The notes below the pieces were generated by a model, which saw only the letters and a list, made by a program, of their open reading frames with translations, ran no database searches and was not told where the DNA came from. Shown piece by piece: positions 15,080 to 25,130 of a stretch of 64,000 nucleotides of DNA. The stretch's first letter is position 1. Each line of letters begins with the position of its first letter. This DNA is from an uncultured bacterium (GTDB taxonomy: Bacteria; Hydrothermota; Tepidihabitantia; Tepidihabitantales; DTDR01), in assembly GCA_938040315.1 (NCBI GenBank), contig CALHQW010000024.1, positions 599 to 64,598 of the forward strand. Reading direction: 5' to 3'. A program made the translations under genes and the position numbers.

Positions 15080-16033
15080 TTAGACTCTTTCTCGCCAATA
15101 ATTAAGTAAGTCTTCTAAAGTCTTTTCGATCGGTATTTCTGGTTGCCAACCACATTCTTCTTTTATCTTAGTGGCATCACCAATTAACAATTCCACATCA
15201 GAAGGTCTCAATCTCTTTTCATCTACCCTTACTTCTACTTCTACTCTACTTTTTTCAAGATAAAAGTCTAAAATCTCTTTTATTTTATAACCCTTTCCCG
15301 AAGCAATATTATAAACTTCACCAACCTTCCCTTTGGTCAATGCCAGATAATAGGCTTTCACCACATCCCTTACATCAGTGAAGTCGCGTACCGCTTGAAG
15401 ATTACCAACGTAAATAATCGGCTCTCTTTTTCCTTTTTCAATTTCGGCAATCTGTTTAGCAAAATTAGAAGTAACAAACACCTCTCCTCTTCTTGGTCCT
15501 TCATGATTGAAGGCTCTTGTTCTAATAATTTTTAGATGATAACTTTTATAGTATTGATAACCAAGTAAGTCTTGAGCCACCTTACTTACTCCATAAGGAC
15601 TTAAGGGCCTTAAAGGATTTGTCTCTTTAATCGGTATTTCATTTTCATAAACTAACCCATATTCTTCCGAAGAACCAGCAATATGAATTAGAGGGTCAAT
15701 TTTTAAATTTCTAACCGCTTCTAAAATATTTACTTGACTAACCACATTGGTAATAATTGTTTCCGAAGGACAAGACCAGGACATCGGCACATAACTTTGG
15801 GCGGCTAAATGAAAGATCATATCGGGCTGAATCTCTTTTATTAAATTATAGACCGCTGTTGCATCTTTTAAATCACATTCATAAAGGTTCAACTTATCTT
15901 TAATGGCGAGAATATTTTCCATTCGGCTTCGCCAACGATAAGTCCCATAAACTTCATAATTTTTTGATAAAAGATATTCTGCTAAATGACTACCAACAAA
16001 ACCAGTAATACCAGTAATCAAAACTCTCATCAA
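15080..16033 (-). CDS. gmd: GDP-mannose 4,6-dehydratase-like SDR
   Basis: Motifs GITGFVGSHLAE, HLAAQSYV, YGVSK and NHEGPRRGEVFVTSNFAKQIAEIEKG, compared with the Gmd pattern NHESPRRGETFVT. Confidence 0.7.
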   Translation of the reverse strand: MMRVLITGITGFVGSHLAEYLLSKNYEVYGTYRWRSRMENILAIKDKLNLYECDLKDATAVYNLIKEIQPDMIFHLAAQSYVPMSWSCPSETIITNVVSQVNILEAVRNLKIDPLIHIAGSSEEYGLVYENEIPIKETNPLRPLSPYGVSKVAQDLLGYQYYKSYHLKIIRTRAFNHEGPRRGEVFVTSNFAKQIAEIEKGKREPIIYVGNLQAVRDFTDVRDVVKAYYLALTKGKVGEVYNIASGKGYKIKEILDFYLEKSRVEVEVRVDEKRLRPSDVELLIGDATKIKEECGWQPEIPIEKTLEDLLNYWRERV

Positions 16034-16038
16034 TCCTC

Positions 16039-16227
16039 CTAAGCCTTTATCACCTTATTACTTTTAATACAACGAGTACAAACCCAGGCTTTTTTTACCT
16101 TCTCGCCCACTTTGATTTTTATTCTTTGGAGGTTGGGATTAAATCGTCTTTTAGTTACATTATGGGCATGGCTAATATTATGACCCACTACTGGGGTTTT
16201 TCCACAAACTTCACATCTTCTTCCCAT
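16039..16227 (-). CDS. rpmB: 50S ribosomal protein L28
   Basis: [10 protein letters not shown]...[20 protein letters not shown]. Confidence 0.9.
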   Translation of the reverse strand: MGRRCEVCGKTPVVGHNISHAHNVTKRRFNPNLQRIKIKVGEKVKKAWVCTRCIKSNKVIKA

Positions 16228-17156
16228 AGTCTCTCCTTTTTAAATATTTTAATACTTTCTTCAATATCTCCTTTTATTCTCTCCTTTAATTTCTCAACAT
16301 TTTCAAATTTAAATTCGGGTCTTATCCTTTGGATAAGAAACACCTCTAATTCTTTATCTAAAATATCTTTCTTAAAATTTAAAATATGAACTTCAATACT
16401 CCGTTTTCCTTCACCAAAAGTTGGTTTTTCACCAATATTTAATACTCCTAAGTAAATTTTCTTTTCGCCTTCCATCTTCACTTTACAAGCATAAACTCCA
16501 TCCGCAGGAATCAATTTATTCTTTTCTATTAATTCCAAATTAGCGGTTGGGTAGCCAATTAAAACCCCTTTTCCACTTCCTTTAATTACTCTTCCTTTGA
16601 TTGAATATTCCCGACCCAAAAGAAGATTAGCAATTCTAATGTTTCCTAATATCAACTTTTCTCTAATAGTAGTACTTTTCACTTCAATACCTGTTTTTTT
16701 GATTGGTAAGATAACCTCAATAAGTATACCCTCTTTCTCGCAGAAATTTTTCAGAACTCGCACATCACCACTTCTTTCTTTGCCAAAACGAAAATCACTA
16801 CCAATGATAATTTTCTTTGGCAATAAATCTCTTTTTAATTTATTTAAAAATTCTAAGGCTTCCAAATTGGCAAAGGATTCATTAAAATTATATATAAAAA
16901 GGAAGTCTAAACCTAAACTTTCTAAAATTTCTATCTTTTCGGAAAGAGGAGTTAAAAGGAAATGGAAGTTTGGATTAAAAAATAAATAAGGTAAAGGTTC
17001 AAAGGTAACGAGCCCACAAAAAATCTTTAATTCCTCTTTACTTTTTATTAATTTCTCAATTATTATTTGATGGGCAAAATGAACTCCATCAAAACCACCA
17101 ATGGTAATAACACTGTTTTTAAACTCCTCGCCTACTTCTTCTCTAATTATCTTCAT
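16188..17156 (-). CDS. ribF: bifunctional riboflavin kinase / FAD synthetase
   Basis: [13 protein letters not shown] motif and a C-terminal riboflavin kinase region (GYPTANL...EVHILNF). Overlaps rpmB by 40 nt. Confidence 0.9.
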   Translation of the reverse strand: MKIIREEVGEEFKNSVITIGGFDGVHFAHQIIIEKLIKSKEELKIFCGLVTFEPLPYLFFNPNFHFLLTPLSEKIEILESLGLDFLFIYNFNESFANLEALEFLNKLKRDLLPKKIIIGSDFRFGKERSGDVRVLKNFCEKEGILIEVILPIKKTGIEVKSTTIREKLILGNIRIANLLLGREYSIKGRVIKGSGKGVLIGYPTANLELIEKNKLIPADGVYACKVKMEGEKKIYLGVLNIGEKPTFGEGKRSIEVHILNFKKDILDKELEVFLIQRIRPEFKFENVEKLKERIKGDIEESIKIFKKERLWEEDVKFVEKPQ

Positions 17157-18015
17157 AAATCAATTTTAGAAACTTTATAAAATTATCTTCCTTCTCGCCA
17201 ATCACTAAAATTCTCTCATCGTTAGAAATTACTTTACAATAACCTAAATTATCATCTTCACAAAAGATTTTCTTTTCTTTTTTAAACTCTTCAATTGCCT
17301 TTTTATTATAAAAATATTCTTTGAACTTGTAAAGAGCATCTCTTATTGAAATTAGATTTTTTTCAATATTTCTATAAGAAAGTTCCCAAGTTTTCAAAGA
17401 GTCATTAATCTGCCACTTACCAATTCTAATCCTTTTTAAGCCGGCTAATGTGGCACCGCAACCAATTTTTCGACCAATATCTCTTGCTAAAGAGCGTAAA
17501 TAAAATCCTTTTCCTACCACTGCTTTTATTAAAAGGGTATCTCTAAAATAATCAATCAATTCGATTTGATAACATTCTACCGATCTTTTTTTAAGAATAA
17601 CCTCCTCTTTTTTTCTTGCTTTTAAATAACTGGGCTTTCCTTTTATCTTAATCGCTGAATATATTGGCGGTTCTTGATTAATTTTTCCAACAAAATTTTT
17701 TAAAATTTCTGAAAGTTCCTCTTTTCTCAATTTTGGCACTCTTTTTCTTTCAATAACTTCGCCAGTTATATCATTAGTATCGGTTTCTATTCCTAATTTA
17801 ATTACGCCAATATATTCTTTTTCATAATCCATTAAAAAACTACTTATTTTTGTTGCTTCATTAAATAATAATATAACAATTCCACAAGCCAAAGGATCTA
17901 AAGTTCCTGAATGACCAATTTTGAAATTATTACCAATCTGATTTTTTACAATTCTAATTAAATCATAAGAAGAAAGACCAACTTCTTTATCAACTAACAC
18001 TATTCCTTTCATCAT
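17143..18015 (-). CDS. truB: tRNA pseudouridine(55) synthase TruB
   Basis: KIGHSGTLDPLACGIV catalytic Asp motif. Confidence 0.9.
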   Translation of the reverse strand: MMKGIVLVDKEVGLSSYDLIRIVKNQIGNNFKIGHSGTLDPLACGIVILLFNEATKISSFLMDYEKEYIGVIKLGIETDTNDITGEVIERKRVPKLRKEELSEILKNFVGKINQEPPIYSAIKIKGKPSYLKARKKEEVILKKRSVECYQIELIDYFRDTLLIKAVVGKGFYLRSLARDIGRKIGCGATLAGLKRIRIGKWQINDSLKTWELSYRNIEKNLISIRDALYKFKEYFYNKKAIEEFKKEKKIFCEDDNLGYCKVISNDERILVIGEKEDNFIKFLKLIYEDN

Positions 18016-18349
18016 CTTCTAATTCTTTAAGCAATCTATCAATTTTTTCTTGTTTTCTTAATATCTCATCAACTTCAAACCTTAAATCGGGCAAATATTT
18101 CAAAACAATTTTACTTGCTAATCTTTCTTTTATATATCCTTTGCTCTCATTTAAAATTTTTTTTGCTTCTAATTCTTTCTTTTCATTTCCATAACAAGTA
18201 AAAAAAATAATCGCTCTTTTTAAATCCTTTGCCATTTCTACACCAGTAATTGTTATAAAACCAAGATGGGGATTATCAAACTCTTTTAAAATAATTTCGG
18301 CAATTGTCTCTTTTAAAAGTTCACTAACCCTTTTAACCCTTTCCTTCAT
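17990..18349 (-). CDS. rbfA: ribosome-binding factor A
   Basis: 119 aa. R...E.L...I..IL......P.LGFITITGVE pattern. Lies upstream of truB. Confidence 0.9.
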   Translation of the reverse strand: MKERVKRVSELLKETIAEIILKEFDNPHLGFITITGVEMAKDLKRAIIFFTCYGNEKKELEAKKILNESKGYIKERLASKIVLKYLPDLRFEVDEILRKQEKIDRLLKELEDDERNSVS

Positions 18350-18515
18350 TATATATAATAATTAAAAATTAAGATTTTGTAAATATTAAAGAGAGAAAAA
18401 GAGATTTAATTATAGGGTGGAGGAGTATATAAATAAAAACCTTTGAAAATTAATAACTTCTCTATATATATAGGGTTAACTCTATGACCATCTCCTATAT
18501 TTTAATATTATTAAT

Positions 18516-19469
18516 TTATCCACCGGACCATTTACCACATCTATCACCGTAAATATCAATAAGTTCATTATCACGATAGGTATGTATTATTTCGCAACGA
18601 TTAGCGCAACCGTTACATTCTATTGCTTTAGTATTAAATTCACAATTTGATATCCCAAAACCATAAAATCTACTTCCCCGACCATTGGTCTCTTCTTTTG
18701 CTAAGATTGCTGCGCCAATTGCTCCCATTACCAGAAAGTATTCGGGCACAATTATCTCTTCTTTTAATTCCTTTTTAAAGGCCTCTCTCACACCGACATT
18801 TGCTGCCACACCACCTTGAAAAAGGATTAATGGTTTTATATCTTTTCCTTTAGCAACCACATTTAAATAATTCCTAACAATTGCCTCACAAAGTCCGGCA
18901 ATAATACTTTCAATTGGAAATCCTAATTGGGCTTTATGAATCATATCGCTCTCTGCAAAAACCGTGCAACGACCGGCGATATTTACTTTTGTTTTTGCTT
19001 TCAATGCCAATTTACCAAATTCTTCAATTGGTATTCCTAATCTTTGGGCTTGATGGTCAAGAAAGGAACCAGTTCCTGCAGCACAGACCGTATTCATTGC
19101 AAAATCAACCGGAATTCCATTTCTTAATATAATAATCTTTGAGTCCTGTCCACCAATTTCAATTACTGTTTGGCAATTAGGATAAAAATGAGAAGCAGCG
19201 ATTGCGTGGGCAATAATTTCGTTTTTTACAATGTCAGCACCGATCATTACACCTGCCAATCTTCGACCACTACCAGTGGTGCCCACACCACCAAATTTTA
19301 CATTATTACCAACACGCTCTTTAAAAATTTTTATCAAATTTAAAACCGCTTCTATTGGTCTTCCTTTTGTTCTTAAATATTCATAAGTAATTACATTAAA
19401 ATTATCATCTAAAACAACACCTTTCGTTGATATTGAACCAACATCAATGCCAATATATACGGTTGCCAT
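18516..19469 (-). CDS. BadF/BadG/BcrA/BcrD-type ATPase (CoA-substrate-specific enzyme activase) with a Cys-rich C-terminal tail
   Basis: Motifs GIDVGSISTKGV, IGGQDSK, CAAGTGSFLD and AGRCTVFAESD. The C-terminus reads CNGCANRCE...GDRCGKW. Confidence 0.8.
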   Translation of the reverse strand: MATVYIGIDVGSISTKGVVLDDNFNVITYEYLRTKGRPIEAVLNLIKIFKERVGNNVKFGGVGTTGSGRRLAGVMIGADIVKNEIIAHAIAASHFYPNCQTVIEIGGQDSKIIILRNGIPVDFAMNTVCAAGTGSFLDHQAQRLGIPIEEFGKLALKAKTKVNIAGRCTVFAESDMIHKAQLGFPIESIIAGLCEAIVRNYLNVVAKGKDIKPLILFQGGVAANVGVREAFKKELKEEIIVPEYFLVMGAIGAAILAKEETNGRGSRFYGFGISNCEFNTKAIECNGCANRCEIIHTYRDNELIDIYGDRCGKWSGG

Positions 19470-20518
19470 TATTTCTTTCTCCTTTTTAATAGTTCTAAAA
19501 ATGCCTCAATCCTTGTTAGAAGACCGGTTTTAGAAGTGTGCTCATCAAAGGATAAAGAAAGAATTGGAACATTGTAATCTTCGCTAATTTTCTCTAAGGA
19601 ATGAAGGGCAATATTTTCGGGCATGCAAGTAAATGGAAAAATATGAATTATTCCATCTACACCTTTTTTTATAAAATTAACTGCTTCACCAATAGTATTT
19701 AAAGCCTCACCTCCTGGTGAGACTGATAAGTATTTTCTGGCATAATAATAAATTTTTAAAAACCCTGGCTCCATCTTTAAAAGATGTTTTAAACGACTAT
19801 AAAGACTTCTTTTTGACAATACCAAAACACCAAATTTAGAAAGTTCCTTTTCCAATTCTTGATTAGCAAAATCTTCTAATAAAAAATAGATTTCACCAAC
19901 TAAACCAACTCTTAATTTTATTCCATTATTTTTTAGCCATTTTTTTCTAAGTTCTTTTAATTCTTTATTTAAAATATTAATCTCTTTTATCTTTTTTACT
20001 CCTTCAATCTTTTTAAGATATTCTTTTTCAAATATTAAAGATTTTTGATAATCAATTGCCCTTATTACTCTTAGGGAGTTTTTAAAATTCTCACAAAGTT
20101 CACTTTTTTTTATCATTAAATATAATGCCTTTAAAACTTTGAGTGGTGAAACATTAAAAATCTGTGGCATCTTTTCAAAAACAAATTCATAAGGAGAATA
20201 TTGGGAGACGGAATAGAATTTAAATTGATAACCCAATTCTTTTAGAATTTTTTCTTGAAGATAAGAATAATAACCGAACCGACATTTTCGTGCACCAGTT
20301 GCCATAAATAAAGTATCCGCACCAATTTCTAATGCTTCAATAAAATTTCCTAGGGTAATTTTAAAAGGTAAACAGACCATCTCGGGTGAATATTTTACTC
20401 CCAATTCTAATGTTCTTTTTGTTAATGGTGGCGGTAGACAAACCTTTGCTCCTAAAGCAGTTAAAAAATCCTTTAAGGCAATTGAATGATAACCAATATA
20501 AGGAAAGGCTGCTTTCAT
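19469..20518 (-). CDS. acyl-CoA dehydratase activase-related protein (DUF2229-like)
   Basis: Co-operonic with the activase. Shares the C-terminal pattern FDEH(T/S)(S/G)K.G..TRIEAF.E with the next gene. Confidence 0.55.
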   Translation of the reverse strand: MKAAFPYIGYHSIALKDFLTALGAKVCLPPPLTKRTLELGVKYSPEMVCLPFKITLGNFIEALEIGADTLFMATGARKCRFGYYSYLQEKILKELGYQFKFYSVSQYSPYEFVFEKMPQIFNVSPLKVLKALYLMIKKSELCENFKNSLRVIRAIDYQKSLIFEKEYLKKIEGVKKIKEINILNKELKELRKKWLKNNGIKLRVGLVGEIYFLLEDFANQELEKELSKFGVLVLSKRSLYSRLKHLLKMEPGFLKIYYYARKYLSVSPGGEALNTIGEAVNFIKKGVDGIIHIFPFTCMPENIALHSLEKISEDYNVPILSLSFDEHTSKTGLLTRIEAFLELLKRRKK

Positions 20519-21393
20519 AAACTTTTCTTTTTCTTTATCATTTCACAAAAGGCCTCAATCCTTGTTATCATTCCCTCTTTTCCTGAATGTTCATCAAAAA
20601 TAATTGTCAAAAAAGGAATTTTCTTTTCCTTTGCTTCTTTTGCCATCATCTCACCAATTAAAGAATCTGGTCCGCAAGCAAAAGAAAAGAAGAAACATAT
20701 TCCATCAACTTTATCGGAGTAATATTTAAAAGCATTATACAACTCTCTTTCAAAGGCCCAACGAATATTTTTAGCAAAACCATCCTTTTTTCTTAAAATT
20801 TTCTCATCCAAATCATCTTTTAAATAAACTGAAAAGCCTTCTTTTTTAAATGTGCCAATCAAAATATCTTCAATTTCTTTATTATAGATATTATAGAAAT
20901 GGCTTAAGATCGCTACTTTTAATTTTTCATTATCAAAAGAAAGTTTTTTATTTTCTTTTTTTTCTTTTGCTTTTAAATAAGCGGATATAATTTTGAAAGG
21001 ATTTTTCTTAAATTTTAGACCTAAAAAAAATAGGGGTAAAAAGAAATTTCTTTTTATGGTTGGAGAGATTATTTTCTTTTTGCCGCAAAAATACCAAGCG
21101 ATTGTTGGCAATCCCATCATTTTTGGGCAGGTATAAAGTTTTTCATAAGGATAAATAATTTTCGGAATAAAAAGGTAGTCAACCTTATCTTTCAAATAAA
21201 GGAGATGACCACAAGCAATTTTTAATGGTAAACAAACCTCAGAAGAAGAATTTTTTACTCCCAAATCAATCAATTCCTTATTTGTTTCTGGTGATATAAG
21301 ATAATTAATACCGAGATATTTAAAGAAATTTATAAAGAAATTACCATAACGGTAATAGAGCAAGGCCCGAATAATGCCAATCCTTTTTTTCAT
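20515..21393 (-). CDS. acyl-CoA dehydratase activase-related protein (paralog of 19469-20518)
   Basis: Shared motifs (SSEVCLPLKI, FDEHSGKEGMITRIEAFCE). 4-nt overlap with the next gene. Confidence 0.55.
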   Translation of the reverse strand: MKKRIGIIRALLYYRYGNFFINFFKYLGINYLISPETNKELIDLGVKNSSSEVCLPLKIACGHLLYLKDKVDYLFIPKIIYPYEKLYTCPKMMGLPTIAWYFCGKKKIISPTIKRNFFLPLFFLGLKFKKNPFKIISAYLKAKEKKENKKLSFDNEKLKVAILSHFYNIYNKEIEDILIGTFKKEGFSVYLKDDLDEKILRKKDGFAKNIRWAFERELYNAFKYYSDKVDGICFFFSFACGPDSLIGEMMAKEAKEKKIPFLTIIFDEHSGKEGMITRIEAFCEMIKKKKSL

Positions 21394-21400
21394 TTAATAA

Positions 21401-21429
21401 ATTTTAAAAATAAAATTTTAAATAGTCAA
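21401..21429 (-). promoter_or_regulatory. sigma70-like promoter TTGACT-17-TAAAAT, with the -10 ending 7 nt before ATG 21393 (leaderless geometry)
   Basis: The reverse complement reads ATTGACTATTTAAAATTTTATTTTTAAAATTTATTAAATG. Confidence 0.45.
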
Positions 21430-21727
21430 TAATTTAATTAATCTCTATATCCAGCATATTAGGAAGTTGATAGCTAATAGGCGCCAAAAGATTATTATTA
21501 AAAAAGTTTGAAAGATTTATTTAAATCATCGTTGTAGAATCTATTTTAATCATGTTTGGAAGATGATTATTAAAAATATTGATATTAATAAACCCTATCT
21601 GTATATCGCCCCTCCTATTCTGTCTTGTTTTTTTATTTTTTTCTTTATTAGATATAAAAAACAACCTTGGAGTTACTACTTTTTTAAATAACTGAATATT
21701 ACTCTTTCTTAATTATATCTTAATATC

Positions 21728-22204
21728 TTACAAAATTTTTCCCAGCGGTAATTTAATTCCTCCTTGAAAATAAAAATATGTAGTTTGGGAAGTTCCGTTG
21801 GTTTTTAATAAATTTAAATTAAAACCACCTTCTAAATAACCCAGTATCAAAATAAACTCCTTATCTATTCCAATTCCACCTTTTAAATTAAAAGATTTTG
21901 AATGGTTAGAAAAATAGGAAAAACCAAAAGGAATATAAGGTTGGAAAATAATTGGTAAAGGAAACTTAACTATAATATCGCTTCCAATTCCCGTTCCCAG
22001 ATTTATTTTTATCTCGCTTAAATTCAAAAAAAGAAGATTAAGACGAGCATCTAAAAAAGAAACAAGTGGAAGAATCGCATCAACTTTTGCTGCTCCATAA
22101 GCATTATTACCTAAATCCTCAACTCCAACACCAACCCCTATGGTTAAAGAGAATAAACTATTAATCAATAAAAGAGTTATTATTAAAATAAATAACTTTC
22201 TCAT
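21728..22204 (-). CDS. small secreted / outer-membrane beta-barrel-like protein
   Basis: 158 aa with signal peptide MRKLFILIITLLLINSLFS and Gly/aromatic alternation. SD AAGGAGGAAAG. Confidence 0.5.
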   Translation of the reverse strand: MRKLFILIITLLLINSLFSLTIGVGVGVEDLGNNAYGAAKVDAILPLVSFLDARLNLLFLNLSEIKINLGTGIGSDIIVKFPLPIIFQPYIPFGFSYFSNHSKSFNLKGGIGIDKEFILILGYLEGGFNLNLLKTNGTSQTTYFYFQGGIKLPLGKIL

Positions 22205-22248
22205 CTTTCCTCCTTTAAAAAATTACTCTCACCATTTTTAATTATTAA

Positions 22249-22276
22249 ATTTTAAAAATAAAATTCAAATAGTCAA
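22249..22276 (-). promoter_or_regulatory. sigma70-like promoter TTGACT-16-TAAAAT (near-identical copy of the 21401-21429 block), followed here by an SD-containing leader
   Basis: The reverse complement reads ATTGACTATTTGAATTTTATTTTTAAAAT. Confidence 0.4.
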
Positions 22277-22293
22277 TTTACAAATAACACTAT

Positions 22294-22321
22294 TTGACAA
22301 ATCTAATCTTTTATATAAAAT
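22294..22321 (+). promoter_or_regulatory. sigma70-like promoter TTGACA-16-TAAAAT, with the -10 ending 7 nt before the mutM ATG (leaderless geometry)
   Basis: Read directly. No SD. Confidence 0.45.
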
Positions 22322-22328
22322 TATAAAA

Positions 22329-23159
22329 ATGCCAGAATTACCAGAAGTAGAAACAATAAAAAATGAATTAAAACCTTTTTTAATTAATAAAAGAATTATT
22401 GGTGTGAAATTAGAAAATAAGAAAATTATTGGTTATCCAAAACCTAAGGATTTCTTAAAGAAGATTATTAATAAAAAAATTCTCAATATTGATAGGAAAG
22501 GAAAGTATTTAATTTTAAAACTTTCAGAAAATTATAATCTAACTTTTCATCTGCGATTATCTGGTAGACTTATTTATGATGAAAATTTAGAAGACAAGGT
22601 AAAATATACTCGGATTAAATTTTTATTTAATAAAGGAACATTATCATTTTCGGAACCAAGATTATTAGGAAGAGTTTACCTTTATCCGGTAGACGAATTA
22701 CCAAAAAGTCTTTCTTCTTTAAATAATCTGGGCAAAGAACCATTAATGCCAGAATTTAATTTTCAATATTTAAAAACTAAAATTAAAAATCGTCATACCA
22801 ATATAAAAAGTCTGCTTTTAGACCAAAAAATTGCTTGTGGTGTCGGAAATATCTATTCTGATGAAGCCCTTTTTTGTGCAAAAATTCATCCAAAAAGAAA
22901 GGGTTCTTCTTTAAAGGATGAAGAAATAAAAAGGCTTGTTAAATGTCTTAAAAAGATTATTAAAATAGCGATAAATAAAAAAGGAACTTCAATAAGTGAT
23001 TATTTAAGACCGGATGGTAAAGTAGGTTCCTTTCAAAAGTATTTAAAAGTTTTTAGAAAAGAAGGAGAAAGGTGTATCAGATGCAATGGAAAAATTAGAA
23101 GAATAAAAATTAATAACCGTTCTTCTTATTTTTGTCCCAATTGTCAAAAGGAGGTTTAA
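22329..23159 (+). CDS. mutM: formamidopyrimidine-DNA glycosylase
   Basis: MPELPEVETI N-terminus and a C-terminal zinc finger CxxC...CxxC. Confidence 0.9.
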   Translation: MPELPEVETIKNELKPFLINKRIIGVKLENKKIIGYPKPKDFLKKIINKKILNIDRKGKYLILKLSENYNLTFHLRLSGRLIYDENLEDKVKYTRIKFLFNKGTLSFSEPRLLGRVYLYPVDELPKSLSSLNNLGKEPLMPEFNFQYLKTKIKNRHTNIKSLLLDQKIACGVGNIYSDEALFCAKIHPKRKGSSLKDEEIKRLVKCLKKIIKIAINKKGTSISDYLRPDGKVGSFQKYLKVFRKEGERCIRCNGKIRRIKINNRSSYFCPNCQKEV

Positions 23160-23160
23160 A

Positions 23161-24057
23161 ATGATTGCTTTAATTGTTCATGGTGGAGCAGGAAAAATTG
23201 AAGAAAAAGAAGAAGCAAGAAGAGGAATTGAAAAAACGCTAATCAAAGGCTGGGAGATTTTAGCAAAAAATGGAAAGGCAATTGATGCGGTCTGTACCGC
23301 AGTATGCGAATTAGAGGACAATCCTGTTTTTAATGCCGGAACCGGTTCGGTACTTAATCTTCTTTTTGAAGTAGAAATGGATGCTTCCATAATGACTAGT
23401 GAAGGCCATTTTGGTGCTTGTGGAGCAATAAAGAATATTAAAAATCCTATCCTCGTAGCAAGAAAAATAATGGAAGAAACTGACCATTTATTGTTGGTTG
23501 GCGAAGGAGCAAATATGTTTGCCAAAGCAATGGGGTTTTCTGAGTATAATCCCAAAACCGAAAAAGAAATAGAAAAATTAAAAAAACTTATTGAGAAAGG
23601 TGAAAATTTTTATTTTCCTAATTTTAAAAAACTTATTGAACTTTACAAAAATCTAAAAAAAGAAGAAAAATATGGCACAGTTGGTGCTTGTGCTTTAGAT
23701 TATTATGGAGTAATCGCCGTTGCCACTTCTACTGGTGGAATAAGAGGAAAATTACCAGGAAGAATTGGTGATAGTGCAATTATCGGAGCCGGAACTTACG
23801 CTACTCCTTTGGCCGGTGTATCAGCCACTGGCCATGGAGAAAGTATTGTAAAAAATTTTGTTGCCAAAGAGGTTTGTGAATTAGCAAAAAATTATGATAT
23901 TCAAACAGCTATCAATATTGTGATGGAAGAATTGAAAAAGAAAAATTGCTTATGCGGTGTGATTGGTTTAGATATAAAAGGCAATATCGGTCATGGTTAT
24001 ACCACTAAAGATATGGCTTGGGGATTTATAAAAGATGGAAAAATGATTGTTTTTTAA
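23161..24057 (+). CDS. isoaspartyl peptidase / L-asparaginase (Ntn hydrolase, asparaginase 2 family)
   Basis: Motifs HGGAG, NAGTGS, and [10 protein letters not shown], which contains the autoprocessing Thr. Confidence 0.85.
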   Translation: MIALIVHGGAGKIEEKEEARRGIEKTLIKGWEILAKNGKAIDAVCTAVCELEDNPVFNAGTGSVLNLLFEVEMDASIMTSEGHFGACGAIKNIKNPILVARKIMEETDHLLLVGEGANMFAKAMGFSEYNPKTEKEIEKLKKLIEKGENFYFPNFKKLIELYKNLKKEEKYGTVGACALDYYGVIAVATSTGGIRGKLPGRIGDSAIIGAGTYATPLAGVSATGHGESIVKNFVAKEVCELAKNYDIQTAINIVMEELKKKNCLCGVIGLDIKGNIGHGYTTKDMAWGFIKDGKMIVF

Positions 24058-24059
24058 AT

Positions 24060-25130
24060 ATGAAAATTAAATGGGAAGAGAAAATTAATATAATAAAAGA
24101 AAAATTGAAAGAGATTGATAAAAAATTTAGTGAAAAAGAAGTTATCAATAATCCCAAACTATTAGAGGAATTAGGGAAGGAATATAAAGAATTAAAAAAT
24201 ATCTTAGAAAAATATGAAAATTTTAAAAAGAAAAAAGAAGAATTAGAAGAGATAAATAAAATGAAAGAAAGTTGTGATAAAGAAATTTATAAATATCTTT
24301 TAGAAGAAGAAGAAAAGTTAAAAAAGAATATAAAAGAATTAGAAAAAGAATTCCTTTATTATTTTCTTCCTCAAGGAGAAGATTTAAAAAGAAACTGCAT
24401 AATTGAAATTCGACCGGCGGCTGGTGGCGAAGAGAGTTGCCTTTTTGCTATGGACCTTTTTAGGATGTATCAAAAATATTTAGATAAGAAAGGATTTAAA
24501 TACGAAATTTTATCTTTCCGGCCATCGGATTTAGGAGGAGCAAAAGAGATAATTTTTTTAGTAAATGGAGAAGGTGCATATAATTATCTCCGTTTTGAAC
24601 AAGGTGTTCATCGGGTTCAAAGAATTCCTGTTACTGAAGCCTCGGGAAGAATTCATACTTCCACGGTTACTGTTGCAGTATTAATGGAACCAAAGGAGGT
24701 AGAAATTAATATTAAAGAGGAGGATTTAAAAATTGAAGTCTTTCGTGCCAGTTCCAAAGGTGGTCAACATGTAAATGTTACTGATTCGGCAGTAAGAATA
24801 ACCCATTTACCAACAGGTATAGTAGTTAGTTGTCAAGATGAACGTTCCCAATATCAAAATCGACAAAAAGCACTAAAAATTCTTAAAGCCCGGCTATTAG
24901 CAGCCGAAAAGGCAAAACAGAAGGAAGAAATAGATAAAGAGAGAAAAAAACAGATTGGTACTGGTGAAAGGGCAGAAAAGATTAGAACTTATAACTTTCC
25001 ACAAAATCGAGTTACCGACCATCGAATCAATCTCACTCTTTATGAACTTGATAAAATTTTAGAAGGCGATTTAGATATTATTATTAATCAATTACAAGAA
25101 AAAGAAATTGAGAGAATTTTAAATGAATAA
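24060..25130 (+). CDS. prfA: peptide chain release factor 1
   Basis: GGQ motif (SKGGQHVN) and an RF1-type PVT tripeptide. The start is moved to ATG 24060, just after the upstream stop. Confidence 0.95.
   Translation: MKIKWEEKINIIKEKLKEIDKKFSEKEVINNPKLLEELGKEYKELKNILEKYENFKKKKEELEEINKMKESCDKEIYKYLLEEEEKLKKNIKELEKEFLYYFLPQGEDLKRNCIIEIRPAAGGEESCLFAMDLFRMYQKYLDKKGFKYEILSFRPSDLGGAKEIIFLVNGEGAYNYLRFEQGVHRVQRIPVTEASGRIHTSTVTVAVLMEPKEVEINIKEEDLKIEVFRASSKGGQHVNVTDSAVRITHLPTGIVVSCQDERSQYQNRQKALKILKARLLAAEKAKQKEEIDKERKKQIGTGERAEKIRTYNFPQNRVTDHRINLTLYELDKILEGDLDIIINQLQEKEIERILNE

Noticed and set aside
16188-16227. The 40-nt overlap between the ribF 3' end and the rpmB start, considered as a possible frameshift or mis-assembly.
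   Set aside because: Both reading frames give full-length, motif-complete proteins (the L28 N-terminus [10 protein letters not shown], and the RibF C-terminal kinase domain intact). This is ordinary overlapping-gene coupling.
18400-18510. Dispersed CTCCTAT / TATAGGG-like motifs shared by the intergenic regions 18400-18510, 21590-21630 and 52270-52420, considered as a possible miniature repeat family.
   Set aside because: The matches are only 6-8 nt, in inconsistent order and orientation. This is within chance for AT-rich spacers.
24018-24059. The longer prfA start in the ORF track ([14 protein letters not shown]...).
   Set aside because: It overlaps the 3' end of the asparaginase gene by 40 nt and adds a non-conserved extension. 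ATG 24060 gives the typical RF1 N-terminus, 2 nt after the upstream stop.
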